From the NCBI GenBank assembly GCA_015065295.1, contig SVQN01000002.1, forward strand, positions 37,465 through 101,464: a stretch of 64,000 nucleotides of DNA, read 5' to 3'. The translations under genes and the position numbers were made by a program. This DNA is from Oscillospiraceae bacterium (GTDB lineage Bacteria > Bacillota > Clostridia > Oscillospirales > CAG-272). Shown here piece after piece: positions 19,246 through 29,576 of this stretch. Each line of letters starts with the position of its first letter. Within the stretch, counting starts at the first letter, position 1. The notes below the pieces were generated by a model, which was given only the letters and a program-made list of their open reading frames with translations, was not told the origin of the DNA and ran no database searches.

Positions 19246-19261
19246 AAACTCTATTTGATAA

Positions 19262-22200
19262 TTACTTGGCAACTTCTTCCATGATGAAGGCTTCGAGGAT
19301 GTCGCCGACCTGGATGTCCATGCACTTTTCCAGACCGATACCGCATTCGTAGCCGGATGCGACTTCGCGGACGTCGTCCTTGAAGCGGCGGAGAGAGCTG
19401 ATCTTGTCTTCCATGATGACGATACCGTCGCGGACGATGCGGAGCTGGGACTGGCGGGTGACCTTGCCGTCCTGAACGTACGAACCGGCGATGATGCCGA
19501 CGTTCGGAACGCGGATGGTCTGGCGCACTTCGATGTGACCCTGGAGAACTTCCTTGTAGGTCGGTGCCAGCATACCCTTCATAGCCGCGGTGATTTCTTC
19601 GATGCATTCGTAGATGATGCGGTAGGTGCGGATGTCAACGCCCTGACGTTCGGAGGAGTCGATCGCGCCCTTGTCGGGACGGACGTTGAAGCCGACGATG
19701 ATGGCGTTGGACGCTGCCGCAAACATTACGTCGGACTCGGTGATGCCGCCGACCGCTGCGTGGATAACCTTGACCTTGACTTCGTCGGTCGAAATCTTTT
19801 CGAGGGACTGCTTGACGGCTTCTGCGGAACCGCCGACGTCCGCTTTGACGATGATATTCAGTTCCTTGACACCTTCGGAAATCTGCGCGAAGAGGTCGTC
19901 GAGGCTTACCTTGGCGTTTGCCTTGAACATTTCTTCCTTCGCCTTTTCACGTCTCTGGTCGGCGAGTTCGCGCGCCATGCGTTCGTCTTCAACCGCGTTG
20001 AATTCGTCACCGGCAACCGGAACTTCCGCGAGACCGATGATTTCCACCGGTACGGACGGGCCTGCTTCATTCAGCTGCTGACCGCGGTCGTTGGTCATTG
20101 CGCGGACACGGCCGACGGCGGTGCCTGCGATCACGATGTCGCCTGCGTGGAGCGTACCGTCCTGAACGAGAACGGTGGCAACGGGACCGCGTCCCTTGTC
20201 GAGCTTTGCTTCAATAACGACGCCGCGCGCACGCTTTGCCGGATTTGCCTTGTATTCCTTGACTTCTGCGATGAGAAGGATGTTTTCGAGAAGGTCGTCG
20301 ATACCCATCTTGGTGTGCGCGGAAACCGGTACGCAGATGACGTCGCCGCCCCATTCTTCGGGAACGAGTTCGTACTTGGTGAGTTCGGTCATAACCGCTT
20401 CGGCGTTGGCGGTCGGCTTATCCATCTTGTTGATCGCAACGATGATGTCAACGCCCGCTGCCTTCGCGTGGTTGATGGATTCAACGGTCTGCGGCATGAT
20501 GCCGTCGTCACCCGCTACAACGAGGATGGCGATGTCGGTACACTGAGCACCGCGGGCACGCATGGCGGTGAACGCTTCGTGACCGGGGGTGTCGAGGAAG
20601 GTGATGCCCTGTTCGCCGAGGTTGACGCGGTACGCACCGATGTGCTGCGTGATACCGCCGGCTTCCCCGTCCGCTACCTGTGCGTGGCGGATTGCGTCGA
20701 GGATGGAGGTCTTACCGTGGTCAACGTGACCCATGACGCAGACGACGGGAGCGCGGGTAACAAGTTCTTCTTCGGTGGATTCTGCTTCGGTGAAGAGCTT
20801 TTCTTCGATCGTGACCTTGACTTCGCGGGTGACCTGTGCGCCGAGTTCGTCGGCAACGAGGTATGCGGTATCAAAGTCGATGACCTGGTTGACAGTGACC
20901 ATCATGCCCATGAGCATGAGACGCTTGACACATTCCGCTTCCTTGACCTTCAGTCTCTGAGCGAGTTCGCTGACGGTGATTTCGTCGGGAAGGGTGATCT
21001 TGAGGGGAGCCTTCTTTGCCTTTTCCTGATTTGCGCGGTGGAGCTTTTCCATCGCCTGGCGTTCCTTGTCGGACTTCTTGCCGGTACCGCGGTTTTCGCC
21101 CTTCTGGTTCTGCTTCTTCAGCTTCTGCTTGTTGGACTGGCTGTCGTCGATGTCGGAAGCGAAGTTGTCGAGGCGTTCGTCGTACTTGGAGAGGTCCACC
21201 GATGTGCCGCGCGTATCGACAACGCGGGTGGTACCGGTGCGCTTCTTTGCTGCGCCCTGTTCCTGCGGCTGTGCGGGCTGCTTCGGCTGTGCGGCCGGTG
21301 CGCTCTGCTGCGGTCTCTGACCGTCGCGGTTGTTGTCACGATTGAAGTCGCGGCGGTCGCCGTTGTTATTGTTGTACTGGGGACGGTTTCCGTCGCGGTT
21401 GAAGTCACGGCGGTCGGAGCGTTCACCATTGTTGTTCTGGGGACGATTGCCGTCGCGGTTGAAGTCGCGGCGATCGGTACGTTCGCCGTTGTTGTTCTGG
21501 GGACGATTGCCGTCACGGTTGAAGTCACGGCGTTCGCCGTTGCTGTTATTCTGGGGACGGTTTCCGTCGCGGTTGTTGTCACGATTGAAATCGCGGCGTT
21601 CGGGACGATCGGTACGTTCGCCGTTGTTCTGGGGACGGTTTCCGTCACGGTTCTGCTGACGATTCTGGCCGGCGTTGTTTGCGCCGGAATTGTTATTCAT
21701 GCCGCCGTTGGTCTGCGGCTTACCCTGCTGCTGTCCATCCTGCATACGCTGACCCTGCATTCTTTCCTGCTGATTTGTATTGTTTTCCGCTTCGGCTTCG
21801 GCTGCTTTGCGTGCTTCCTCTGCCTTGCGTGCTTCTTCGGCTTCTTTTGCTTTTCTTGCGGCCTCTTCGGCTTCGGCTGCCCTGCGTGCCTCTTCCGCAC
21901 GTCTTGCTTCTTCGGCGAGGCGGGCCTCTTCCGCTTTTCTCGCTTCCTCAGCCTTGCGCGCTTCTTCCGCTTTCCGCGCTTCTTCGGCGAGGCGGGCTTC
22001 TTCGGCCTTTCTTGCTGCCTCCGCTTCGGCAGCTTTTCTTGCTTCTTCTGCCTTGCGTGCTTCTTCGGCACGGCGCGCTTCTTCTGCTTTTCTTGCAGCT
22101 TCGGCTTCGGCTGCTTTGCGTGCTTCTTCCGCACGGCGTGCCGCTTCCTCCGCTTCGGCTTTTGCACGGGCTTCGGCTTCTGCCTTGGCGCGTGCGGCTT

Positions 22201-22483
22201 CTTCCGCCGCCTTGACCTCTGCTTCGCGTTTTTCGCGTTCGGCGGGGGATTCGGGCATTGTGATGGACGTTTTTCCGCTGATATAGCCGTCTATGTCCTT
22301 GATCTGTGCCTTTGCCGTGAGCTGTTCAAAAAGCAGATTAACCTCCTCGGGAGCGAGGGAGGCGGAGTTGCTTTTTACGGTGATGCCGAGTTCGCCAAGT
22401 TCGCCGCAGAGGTCTTTCGCCTTGACGCCGAGGTCTTTTGCGAGCTGGTTCACCTTATATGCTGTTGTCTGTTTTGCTGCCAT
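19262..22483 (-). CDS. infB: Translation initiation factor IF-2
   Basis: [49 protein letters not shown]; long low-complexity N-terminal region. Confidence 0.98.
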   Translation of the reverse strand: MAAKQTTAYKVNQLAKDLGVKAKDLCGELGELGITVKSNSASLAPEEVNLLFEQLTAKAQIKDIDGYISGKTSITMPESPAEREKREAEVKAAEEAARAKAEAEARAKAEAEEAARRAEEARKAAEAEAARKAEEARRAEEARKAEEARKAAEAEAARKAEEARLAEEARKAEEARKAEEARKAEEARLAEEARRAEEARRAAEAEEAARKAKEAEEARKAEEARKAAEAEAENNTNQQERMQGQRMQDGQQQGKPQTNGGMNNNSGANNAGQNRQQNRDGNRPQNNGERTDRPERRDFNRDNNRDGNRPQNNSNGERRDFNRDGNRPQNNNGERTDRRDFNRDGNRPQNNNGERSDRRDFNRDGNRPQYNNNNGDRRDFNRDNNRDGQRPQQSAPAAQPKQPAQPQEQGAAKKRTGTTRVVDTRGTSVDLSKYDERLDNFASDIDDSQSNKQKLKKQNQKGENRGTGKKSDKERQAMEKLHRANQEKAKKAPLKITLPDEITVSELAQRLKVKEAECVKRLMLMGMMVTVNQVIDFDTAYLVADELGAQVTREVKVTIEEKLFTEAESTEEELVTRAPVVCVMGHVDHGKTSILDAIRHAQVADGEAGGITQHIGAYRVNLGEQGITFLDTPGHEAFTAMRARGAQCTDIAILVVAGDDGIMPQTVESINHAKAAGVDIIVAINKMDKPTANAEAVMTELTKYELVPEEWGGDVICVPVSAHTKMGIDDLLENILLIAEVKEYKANPAKRARGVVIEAKLDKGRGPVATVLVQDGTLHAGDIVIAGTAVGRVRAMTNDRGQQLNEAGPSVPVEIIGLAEVPVAGDEFNAVEDERMARELADQRREKAKEEMFKANAKVSLDDLFAQISEGVKELNIIVKADVGGSAEAVKQSLEKISTDEVKVKVIHAAVGGITESDVMFAAASNAIIVGFNVRPDKGAIDSSERQGVDIRTYRIIYECIEEITAAMKGMLAPTYKEVLQGHIEVRQTIRVPNVGIIAGSYVQDGKVTRQSQLRIVRDGIVIMEDKISSLRRFKDDVREVASGYECGIGLEKCMDIQVGDILEAFIMEEVAK

Positions 22484-22871
22484 CCACTATCATCCTTTCT
22501 GTCATCGCGGCATTCTCGTTTTTCTTCTGATTCTCGTTTTCGTTCATGGATTCGCGCGCACGTTCCTCAAAAAGGGAGAGAAGCGGACGACACGGTCCCC
22601 GGCCGGTGAAGGCAGCCGCCGCACACGCGGATCGTTTGCCGATAAGGTGCGCGAGTTCGTCGGCGGTCATACCGGCGGGAAAATAGGGGACTTCATAAAA
22701 TTCGCATTTGTCGCTGATCTGTTTTGCGGTCCGGTCGGAGGCGTCGTCGGCGATGAGGACGAACACGGCTTTTTTCCGCCGCACCTCGCCCAGCACGAGA
22801 TCGAACCCGGTGGTGATCCCGCCGGCCGCCCGGCACAGACCGATGTAATTCTCAAGTTTCCGATCCGTCAT
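22455..22871 (-). CDS. L7Ae/L30e family RNA-binding protein (YlxQ-like)
   Basis: [23 protein letters not shown]; sits between rnpM and infB; start ATG 22871. Confidence 0.85.
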   Translation of the reverse strand: MTDRKLENYIGLCRAAGGITTGFDLVLGEVRRKKAVFVLIADDASDRTAKQISDKCEFYEVPYFPAGMTADELAHLIGKRSACAAAAFTGRGPCRPLLSLFEERARESMNENENQKKNENAAMTERMIVDGSKTDNSI

Positions 22872-22882
22872 TCCGTCTCCAA

Positions 22883-23188
22883 TCAGCTGTTTTTTTCCTC
22901 GGATACGCGGACTTCTTTTTCGAGTTCCGCGTAAATTTCCTCCGAGATTTCGCACTCCAGTGTGCGATGAAGGATTCCGGATTTTCTTGCCTTCTTGAAG
23001 CAGGCTTCGTTCTGGCAGATATATGCGCCGCGTCCGGATTTCTTGCCGGTGAAGTCGATGGAAATTTCTCCTTCGGGCGAACGCACGACGCGCAGAAGTT
23101 CCTTCTTCGGGAACGTACCCTGACACCCGACGCACCGCCGTTCCGGAATCTTCTTTTTCATTTGCTGCTTCGGCTTCGTCTCAGCCAT
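22883..23188 (-). CDS. rnpM: YlxR/RnpM RNase P modulator
   Basis: PERRCVGC, KKELLRVV, GKKSGRGAYIC; nusA operon position. Confidence 0.9.
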   Translation of the reverse strand: MAETKPKQQMKKKIPERRCVGCQGTFPKKELLRVVRSPEGEISIDFTGKKSGRGAYICQNEACFKKARKSGILHRTLECEISEEIYAELEKEVRVSEEKNS

Positions 23189-23340
23189 TCTGTCACGCTC
23201 CTTTGGTTCTATAGGGGGATGTTTCCGGGGAAAAGGATGACTTCGTGAGTGCAGATTGTTTGTTCACATAATTTTTGTCAACTTACAGCGCGGTTTGGTA
23301 TTCCAAATCTGCACTGCACTTTGTCTGTCCTGTTCAGTAT

Positions 23341-23395
23341 GAAGTTTTTTGGAAGGGGTTCGGGGAAACCTTTTTTCTAAAAAAGGTTTCCCCGA
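23341..23395 (+). repeat. REP-like hairpin, family A copy 4
   Basis: GAAGTTTTTTGGAAGGGGTTCGGGGAAACCTTTTTTCTAAAAAAGGTTTCCCCGA. Confidence 0.85.
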
Positions 23396-23409
23396 GGAAC
23401 TTTATTTCC

Positions 23410-24456
23410 TCAGTTCGGCTTAACGCCTTTGATGTCGATTTTGCAGCCCGTAAGCTTGGCGGCGAGGCGGACGTTCTGGCCTTCCTTGCCGATAGCGAGG
23501 GAGATCTGGTCGCCGGAGACCTGGACGGTAGCACTGCGTTCGCCGTCGAATTCCACGGAGAGGGCTTCGGCGGGGGAGAGGGCAGCGGCGATGAATTCTT
23601 CGGGCTTTTCGGAGTACTGGATGACGTCAATCTTTTCGCCGCGGAGTTCTTCGACGATGGAGCCGATACGCATACCGCGGTTACCGATGCAGGCACCGAC
23701 GGCATCCACTTCGGGGTCGCGGGAGAAGACGGCGATCTTGGTACGGGAACCGGCTTCACGGGCAACGCTCTTGACGAGGACGGTGCCGGTGGTGATTTCG
23801 GGGATATCGACTTCGAACATCCGCTTAATCATCATGGGATGAACGCGGGAGAGGGAAGCGGCGGGCTTGCTGTCCGCTTCCATGCTGTGGTCGTGATTGA
23901 CTTCGGTGATGAAGACGCGGATACGGTCGCCGACGTAGAGGTTTTCGCCGGGGATCTGTTCGCTCTTGGGGAGAACGACGATGCTGGTGCCGGTATCGAC
24001 GTCTACGTCGCCGGTGATTTCGTCGCGCTTGACGACGAGAGCGGTGATAACTTCTTCGCGCTTCTTGTCGTATTCCTTCGCAATGTTGCTCTTTTCAGCT
24101 TCGCGGATGCCCTGACGGATGACGTTCTTCGCGGCACCCGCAGAGATTCTGCCGAAGTTCTTGGTCTTGATTTCGTCTTCAACGACGGTACCGAGCTCGT
24201 AGCGGCGGCTGATTGCCTGTGCGTCTTCGTAAGCGATTTCCGCCTTGGGGTCGGTTACGGTTTCCACCACGGTGCGGCGGCGGTAAACGCGGAAATCCTT
24301 CTTTTCCTTGTTGATCTCAACTCTGACGGACGCGCTGTTGTATTCCTTCTTGAATGCGGATACCAGCGCAGCTTCGACCTTCTCGAGCATATAGTCAACC
24401 GGGATGCCCTTGGTCTTTTCAAGCAGCTCAAGTGCTTCAAAAAGCTCTGAATTCAT
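23410..24456 (-). CDS. nusA: Transcription termination/antitermination factor NusA
   Basis: FGRISAGAAKNVIRQ, S1 domain, AREAGSRTKIAV, VGACIG, AIGKEGQNVRLAAKLTG; start ATG 24456. Confidence 0.97.
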   Translation of the reverse strand: MNSELFEALELLEKTKGIPVDYMLEKVEAALVSAFKKEYNSASVRVEINKEKKDFRVYRRRTVVETVTDPKAEIAYEDAQAISRRYELGTVVEDEIKTKNFGRISAGAAKNVIRQGIREAEKSNIAKEYDKKREEVITALVVKRDEITGDVDVDTGTSIVVLPKSEQIPGENLYVGDRIRVFITEVNHDHSMEADSKPAASLSRVHPMMIKRMFEVDIPEITTGTVLVKSVAREAGSRTKIAVFSRDPEVDAVGACIGNRGMRIGSIVEELRGEKIDVIQYSEKPEEFIAAALSPAEALSVEFDGERSATVQVSGDQISLAIGKEGQNVRLAAKLTGCKIDIKGVKPN

Positions 24457-24501
24457 GATATGTCCAAGCCTTTCAATGATTTTTTTATAGTGGGGTGTTT
24501 T

Positions 24502-24682
24502 CTTAGGGAAACTTTTTGGAAAAGTTTTCGAGTTCGCGCAGCGAATCTCGTCCAAACCCCTTCAAAAACTTTTCGTCGGGGGAATGGGAGAATTTAGTCT
24601 GTGCAGATCGGGTGCATCAAATATGGTTGATACAGGTCACGAGAAAATCGTTTGCGACCTCGTTGCCTCGGCACAGTGGGAT
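24502..24682 (-). repeat. Family A REP copy 5 (24502-24574, with nested mini-hairpin) plus spacer homologous to 55174-55280
   Basis: The reverse complement aligns colinearly with 55174-55336. Confidence 0.8.
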
Positions 24683-24696
24683 GTTGGGCAATGGCT

Positions 24697-24737
24697 GTTA
24701 GTCATTCACCATTAGTCATTAGCCCTTAGTCATTTTC
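24697..24737. repeat. Heptamer array (family D, half copy)
   Basis: GTTAGTC-ATTCACC-ATTAGTC-ATTAGCC-CTTAGTC directly after the rimP stop. Confidence 0.75.
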
Positions 24738-25217
24738 TTACCAGTCGAAGACGGTTTCGCATTTTGCGACGATCTTCTTTGCGAAGCGTTTTTCTTCGCC
24801 GTTGACGGTAACAACGATGTCGTCGCCGTCCAGACCTTCGAGGGTTGCGCGGAGGGATTTGGTTCCGCCGGTTTCTTCGGACGCTGCGAAGAATTTCAGC
24901 ATGACGTCTTCGCCTGCCATCCATTCAAAATGTTCCGGACGGGTCAGAACGCGTTCCACGCCGGGGGAAGAAACGGCAAGCATATACGCGCCTTCGATGG
25001 GGTCCGCTTCGTCGAGGAGGGGGTCGATCGCACGGTGCATTTTTTCGCAGTCGTTGATGTCGATGCCGCCTTCCTTGTCGGAGTCGATGGTAATGCGGAG
25101 GATCATATCCGCACCTTCGCGGACATATTCGACATCCCAGAGGACATAGCCGAAGGATTCCGCAAGAGGTTCTGCGATGTCACGGACGGTATCCGCGACG
25201 TTCTTTTTCTGTTTCAT
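24738..25217 (-). CDS. rimP: Ribosome maturation factor RimP
   Basis: LWDVEYVREG, GIDINDCE, LDEADPI..Y.L.VSSPGVER. Confidence 0.95.
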   Translation of the reverse strand: MKQKKNVADTVRDIAEPLAESFGYVLWDVEYVREGADMILRITIDSDKEGGIDINDCEKMHRAIDPLLDEADPIEGAYMLAVSSPGVERVLTRPEHFEWMAGEDVMLKFFAASEETGGTKSLRATLEGLDGDDIVVTVNGEEKRFAKKIVAKCETVFDW

Positions 25218-25391
25218 AGTACCTCGTATAAATCAAGAGAGTGGACCGTTTTGCTTGCCCACTCTCCATTACTTATAATTTCTTTATCCATAGTATATCA
25301 CAAAACGGGCGGAAATTCAACCCTGTTTTGCGGATTTGCTTACCAATTTTTCAGATATCTTTGCGGATATACAAGGGCAGATTGCCCAATG

Positions 25392-26096
25392 TCAGTCCGG
25401 AATGCCCATTTCGGTGCGGAATTCCGCGAGATCGCGCACGACATGGGTCATGGTTTCGCGGGTGACATGAGCGACGGCGGGGTTGAGGGAAGTTTCCAGC
25501 GCGACGGCATCGTAGTCGTTGTCCGGCGTTTTGGTATTGTCCGTCGCGGCGGTGATGAGGACTCCGGCGATTCCTGCGTTGATGCCGGACATCCCGTCGA
25601 TGAGGCGGTCGCCGACCATGACGCAATCCTTCGGATCAAGGTGATTGCGTTCGATGATGGCGAGAACGGCGTCGGGGGCGGGTTTTGCGGGGAAGTGTTC
25701 TTCGGAGGTGACGAAATCCGCGAAGAATTCGGTCATGCCGAAACGGTCGAGGAAGGTGATGCCGGTGTTGTTGCGGTGGGTATAGAGATAATTTTTGCCG
25801 CCGTTTTTCACGATGGCTTCCAGAAGATCGCGCATTCCTTCGAAGGGGACGACCTTCGGCTCGATTTCGTTTTCGTCCATGATGTACTGGTAATCGACGA
25901 AGCGTTTGTAGGCTTCGGGGGAAAGACCGGCATATTTGCGGCCTTCGCCGTAATTGACGAGGAGCCGCCGCCAGAGTTCGGTATGATCGCAGGAGATTCC
26001 TTCTTCCGCGAGGACTTTTTCAAGGGAAGCGAGGACGTGCGGATAGGAATCGAACAGGGTGCCGTCAAAGTCCCAGAGGTAGTGGGTGTATTTCAT
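25392..26096 (-). CDS. HAD-IA family hydrolase
   Basis: WDFDGTLFD, KPAPD, MVGDRLIDG. Confidence 0.9.
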   Translation of the reverse strand: MKYTHYLWDFDGTLFDSYPHVLASLEKVLAEEGISCDHTELWRRLLVNYGEGRKYAGLSPEAYKRFVDYQYIMDENEIEPKVVPFEGMRDLLEAIVKNGGKNYLYTHRNNTGITFLDRFGMTEFFADFVTSEEHFPAKPAPDAVLAIIERNHLDPKDCVMVGDRLIDGMSGINAGIAGVLITAATDNTKTPDNDYDAVALETSLNPAVAHVTRETMTHVVRDLAEFRTEMGIPD

Positions 26097-26117
26097 GGTG
26101 AATGTTCCTTTTGGTGG

Positions 26118-26969
26118 TTATATAAATCGTTTCAGATAATCCATGCCCTGCACCACGCCGGCTTCGTAGGGCTCCGGATGTTCGTTTTCGAACGCCAGTG
26201 CGCCGTCATATCCGGCTTTTTTGAGGATGTCCATACATCCGGCGATATCGAGATCGCCGTGACCGATCATGGTGTCGCGCACCCAGCTGCCGTTCCCGGT
26301 TTCGAGCCAGTACATACCGGGAGATGCGGAGATATTGGTTTTATAGAGGTAATCCTTGATGTGGACGTGGCGGATTTCCCCAATAAATTCACGGAAGAAG
26401 GGGACGGGGCTTTCGTCAACAAAAAGGACGTTGCCCACATCGCCGCAGACACCGACGTTTGCCGCGCGGTTTTTGATTTCGCGGTAGAACGTACCGAAAC
26501 CGGTTACGCCGTTGGCGTACAGTCCCTGATCCTCGTACAGGCAGGTGATGCCGAGCGGAGCGGCGTACTTTGCGACTCTTGCGGCAACATCGGCGGTGAT
26601 TTCGAGGGCTTCATCGAAGGAGGGAAGATCGCCGGTTCTCTTCAGCCACGGAAGGAGCGTGTGGTGGAGAAAGGGGGAACCGAGTTCGGCGGCGATTTCC
26701 GCCTGATATTTGAGAGATTCTTCCGCATCGGGACTGCGGTAAACACAGGTTCCGACGGAATAGCACGCGACGGTCAGTCCGCGTTCGGCGAGAGCTTGAC
26801 GAACGGTTTTTGCCGTTTCGCGGTCGGGGATGACGGACGGATGTCCGGGAGAGGTGACTTCGAGAACTTCCACGGAGGAAAAGCCGAGGTTTGCGGCATA
26901 ATCCGCCGTGGCCGGTGCGCCAAGCTTGGCGAGCGTCGGGATAAAGCGGGAATACATGGTAAACTGCAT
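26118..26969 (-). CDS. Sugar phosphate isomerase/epimerase (xylose-isomerase-like TIM barrel)
   Basis: GFSSVE, LYEDQG, GDVGN, HVHIKD, GYDGALAFE. Confidence 0.85.
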   Translation of the reverse strand: MQFTMYSRFIPTLAKLGAPATADYAANLGFSSVEVLEVTSPGHPSVIPDRETAKTVRQALAERGLTVACYSVGTCVYRSPDAEESLKYQAEIAAELGSPFLHHTLLPWLKRTGDLPSFDEALEITADVAARVAKYAAPLGITCLYEDQGLYANGVTGFGTFYREIKNRAANVGVCGDVGNVLFVDESPVPFFREFIGEIRHVHIKDYLYKTNISASPGMYWLETGNGSWVRDTMIGHGDLDIAGCMDILKKAGYDGALAFENEHPEPYEAGVVQGMDYLKRFI

Positions 26970-26985
26970 GGCAAGTCCTCCTTTT

Positions 26986-27098
26986 GGCTAAGAACTAAGG
27001 ACTAATGGTGAATGGCTGGTGAGAACTGAGGTTCTGTCCGCTGACATACGGGAAAATATAGTCATTCACCTTTCACCATTAGTCATTAGCCATTTTCA
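26986..27098. repeat. Inverted heptamer arrays (family D copy 2)
   Basis: GGCTAAG-AACTAAG-GACTAAT-GGTGAAT, a spacer, then ATTCACC-TTTCACC-ATTAGTC-ATTAGCC. Confidence 0.75.
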
Positions 27099-28301
27099 CT
27101 TTTTCTGTAAATCCGCACTTCCTGTACGCAGACCTTCGATGAGGGCGTCGATGTCGTCCTTCGTGTTGGTGTACGACAGGCTGACGCGGATGGTGGAATC
27201 GATGCGGTCGTCTTCCACGCCGAACGCGGTCAGGGCATCGCTCTTCTTTTTGGAATGCGCGGAGCAGGCGGAACCGGCGGAGACGTAGACTTCGCGTGCG
27301 GAGAGGTGATTGAGCATGGTTTCGCTGCGGACGCCGGGGATGACGATGCTGGCGATATTGTCGAGCTGTTTTTCCGGCTTGTTCTGCGCGACCCCGGATT
27401 CGGCGAGTTCCGCGAGACGTTCGTTGAGATACGCGCGGAGGTCGGCGACCGTTTTGCGGTGCGTTTCTGCGTTGGTATAACCGTAATCGGCGGCTGCCGC
27501 GAATGCCGCGATGCCGAGAAGGTTTTCGGTACCGCTGCGGAAGCCGTCTTCCTGACCGCCGCCGGGCATGACGGGAACGATGTTCTTGCGCTTGATGACC
27601 TCGCCGGAGATATACAGTGCGGCGGCTCCGCGGGGGGCATGGATTTTATGCGCGCTGACGGAGAGGGTATCCGCGCCGAGGGTGGCGGGGGTAAAGCGGA
27701 GTTTCATATAACCCTGCACGGCATCGCAGTGGACGACGGCGTCGGGAAAATAGCGTTTGACGAGGGAGGAAGCCGCTTTGACGTCGTAAATCGCGCCGGT
27801 TTCGTTGTTGACGAGCATGAAGGCGGCGAAAATGACGGGGGCGGCATTGGCTTTGGCGTTTTCGAGGGCGGTTTTGAGGAAGCCGAGGTCGAGAACACCG
27901 CCTTTGGTGGGAACGCGGACGAGGGCATAGCCCTGATCGGCGAGGCGTTTTGCGGGGTTATCAATGGAAGGATGTTCGCCTTCGGAGATGATGACGGTTC
28001 CGAGGATTCCGTCGGCGTTGGGGGTACGTTTTTTGGAAGCGGCACAGCCGAGCATGGCGATGTTGTTGGATTCGGTACCGCAGGAGGTAAAGAGGAGCTT
28101 ATCCATCGGGTTCTGGAACCGGGAGAGGCGGGTGATGGATTTGACGACGGTACTGCGGCAGGATTTGAGGAGGGCATCGGCGGTCTGCCCGAGATGATGG
28201 ACGGAGGAAGGGTTTCCCCAGCGTTCGAGGGCATCGGACAGTGCGCGGACAGCGGCATCGCAGGGCTGTGTGGTCGCGGAATTATCGAGATAATGGATCA
28301 T
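27096..28301 (-). CDS. Cysteine desulfurase (IscS/NifS family)
   Basis: YLDNSATT, GNPSS, GTESNN, VNNETG, HCDAVQ, SAHKIH, RSGTEN, SAGSACS. Confidence 0.95.
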   Translation of the reverse strand: MIHYLDNSATTQPCDAAVRALSDALERWGNPSSVHHLGQTADALLKSCRSTVVKSITRLSRFQNPMDKLLFTSCGTESNNIAMLGCAASKKRTPNADGILGTVIISEGEHPSIDNPAKRLADQGYALVRVPTKGGVLDLGFLKTALENAKANAAPVIFAAFMLVNNETGAIYDVKAASSLVKRYFPDAVVHCDAVQGYMKLRFTPATLGADTLSVSAHKIHAPRGAAALYISGEVIKRKNIVPVMPGGGQEDGFRSGTENLLGIAAFAAAADYGYTNAETHRKTVADLRAYLNERLAELAESGVAQNKPEKQLDNIASIVIPGVRSETMLNHLSAREVYVSAGSACSAHSKKKSDALTAFGVEDDRIDSTIRVSLSYTNTKDDIDALIEGLRTGSADLQKK

Positions 28302-28315
28302 AGCGGGAGCATCCC

Positions 28316-28855
28316 TTACTTGATGATGAAGTGTTCGAGCATAGCGGCAACATCTTCGGTATGGAGGTCATAATTTTCGGGGACGGCGGTATAGGTGAAG
28401 AGGTAGACGGAGGAACCCTTGATGCAGGCGGCCTGCATGATCTTATACTGGAAATCGCCGAGGGAAGCGGTATAGACATACTTTTTGCCGTACACGTCGC
28501 TCAGGGTGATATTTTCTTCGGATTCGACGTTGATCTCATCAAAGACAATACCGACTTCGTTGACATTGGTTTCCCACCATTCCTCCACGGTGGTATCGGT
28601 ATAGTCGAGATCCCACGCGAGCACGGACACGCTGGACGGGTCGGATGCGCTGTAATACGCGCCTGCCGCAGCGGTGGTATAGTCGATCTGCCATTCATCG
28701 GGCACATACAGGCAGAAGTCCGCCTTATTGTCGGTTGCGCTGACCATTCCGGCCGGCGGTGCATACGGGTCGTCGCTGTTTCCGCAGGACGCGAGTGCTG
28801 CGGCGCACATGAGCAGGACGATCACCAGTGCGATTTTCATGAGGATGTTTTTCAT
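28316..28855 (-). CDS. Lipoprotein, DcrB/PsbP-like
   Basis: Lipobox LASC; FCLYVPDEW, YLFTYTA pattern. Confidence 0.6.
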   Translation of the reverse strand: MKNILMKIALVIVLLMCAAALASCGNSDDPYAPPAGMVSATDNKADFCLYVPDEWQIDYTTAAAGAYYSASDPSSVSVLAWDLDYTDTTVEEWWETNVNEVGIVFDEINVESEENITLSDVYGKKYVYTASLGDFQYKIMQAACIKGSSVYLFTYTAVPENYDLHTEDVAAMLEHFIIK

Positions 28856-29042
28856 ATTTACAATGGATCCTTTCGATTTTTAATACATAGTAATAAACAT
28901 AGTATAAAAGAATTTGGTTTTTCTGTCAAGTATAAAATGTAAACATTACCCCCCCCCACTTTGTTGTTTTATCCGCCTGAAAATTTTTGGAATGGAGCGA
29001 TCGAACTCCCATCGAACTCATGCTATATTTGATGGATTTTCC

Positions 29043-29071
29043 TTGACGAATCCGCAAAATACTGCTATAAT
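29043..29071 (+). promoter_or_regulatory. Sigma-A promoter of luxS
   Basis: TTGACG-17 bp-TATAAT with extended TG. Confidence 0.75.
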
Positions 29072-29104
29072 TAACCCATATAACCCACTATGAGGTACAC
29101 CAAT

Positions 29105-29557
29105 ATGCAGAAAATCGCCAGCTTTACCGTTGACCACAACAAGCTCACCCCCGGCATCTACGTCTCCCGCCGCGACGGGGACATTACCACCTACGACCTC
29201 CGCACCCGTACGCCCAACGCCGGCGACTACATGGACAACCGTACCATGCACACCGTCGAGCATCTGTTCGCCACGTTCGTCCGCAATTCCGAAATCAAGG
29301 ACGACGTGATCTACTTCGGTCCGATGGGCTGCCAGACCGGCTTCTACCTCCTGACCCGCAATGTTCCCGACGAGACCGTTCTCGCCGTAACGCTGGATGT
29401 TCTCCGGAAAATCCTCGCCTACGAAGGCGAAGTTTTCGGCGCATCCGCCGTGGAATGCGGCAATTACCGCAACCTCGACCTCGCCGACGCAAAAAAGGAA
29501 TGTGAAAAATATCTCGCTGTACTTGAAAATAAGGTAAACGACTTCAAATATCTGTAA
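29105..29557 (+). CDS. luxS: S-ribosylhomocysteine lyase
   Basis: IASFTVDH, HTVEHL, PMGCQTGFY, ECGNY. Confidence 0.97.
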   Translation: MQKIASFTVDHNKLTPGIYVSRRDGDITTYDLRTRTPNAGDYMDNRTMHTVEHLFATFVRNSEIKDDVIYFGPMGCQTGFYLLTRNVPDETVLAVTLDVLRKILAYEGEVFGASAVECGNYRNLDLADAKKECEKYLAVLENKVNDFKYL

Positions 29558-29576
29558 TATATTGGAGGTTTCCCAC

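Noticed and set aside
21310-22240. Possible CRISPR-like or non-coding tandem array
   Set aside because: In-frame coding repeats of infB; no unique spacers or cas genes
24456-24555. N-terminal extensions of nusA, ygiQ, ktrB, pyk and the AGCS gene in the ORF track
   Set aside because: They run through REP, promoter or terminator DNA; family homology starts at the downstream ATG
28949-28957. C9 tract as a phase-variation switch
   Set aside because: Lies outside the -35/-10 spacers of both divergent promoters and outside any CDS
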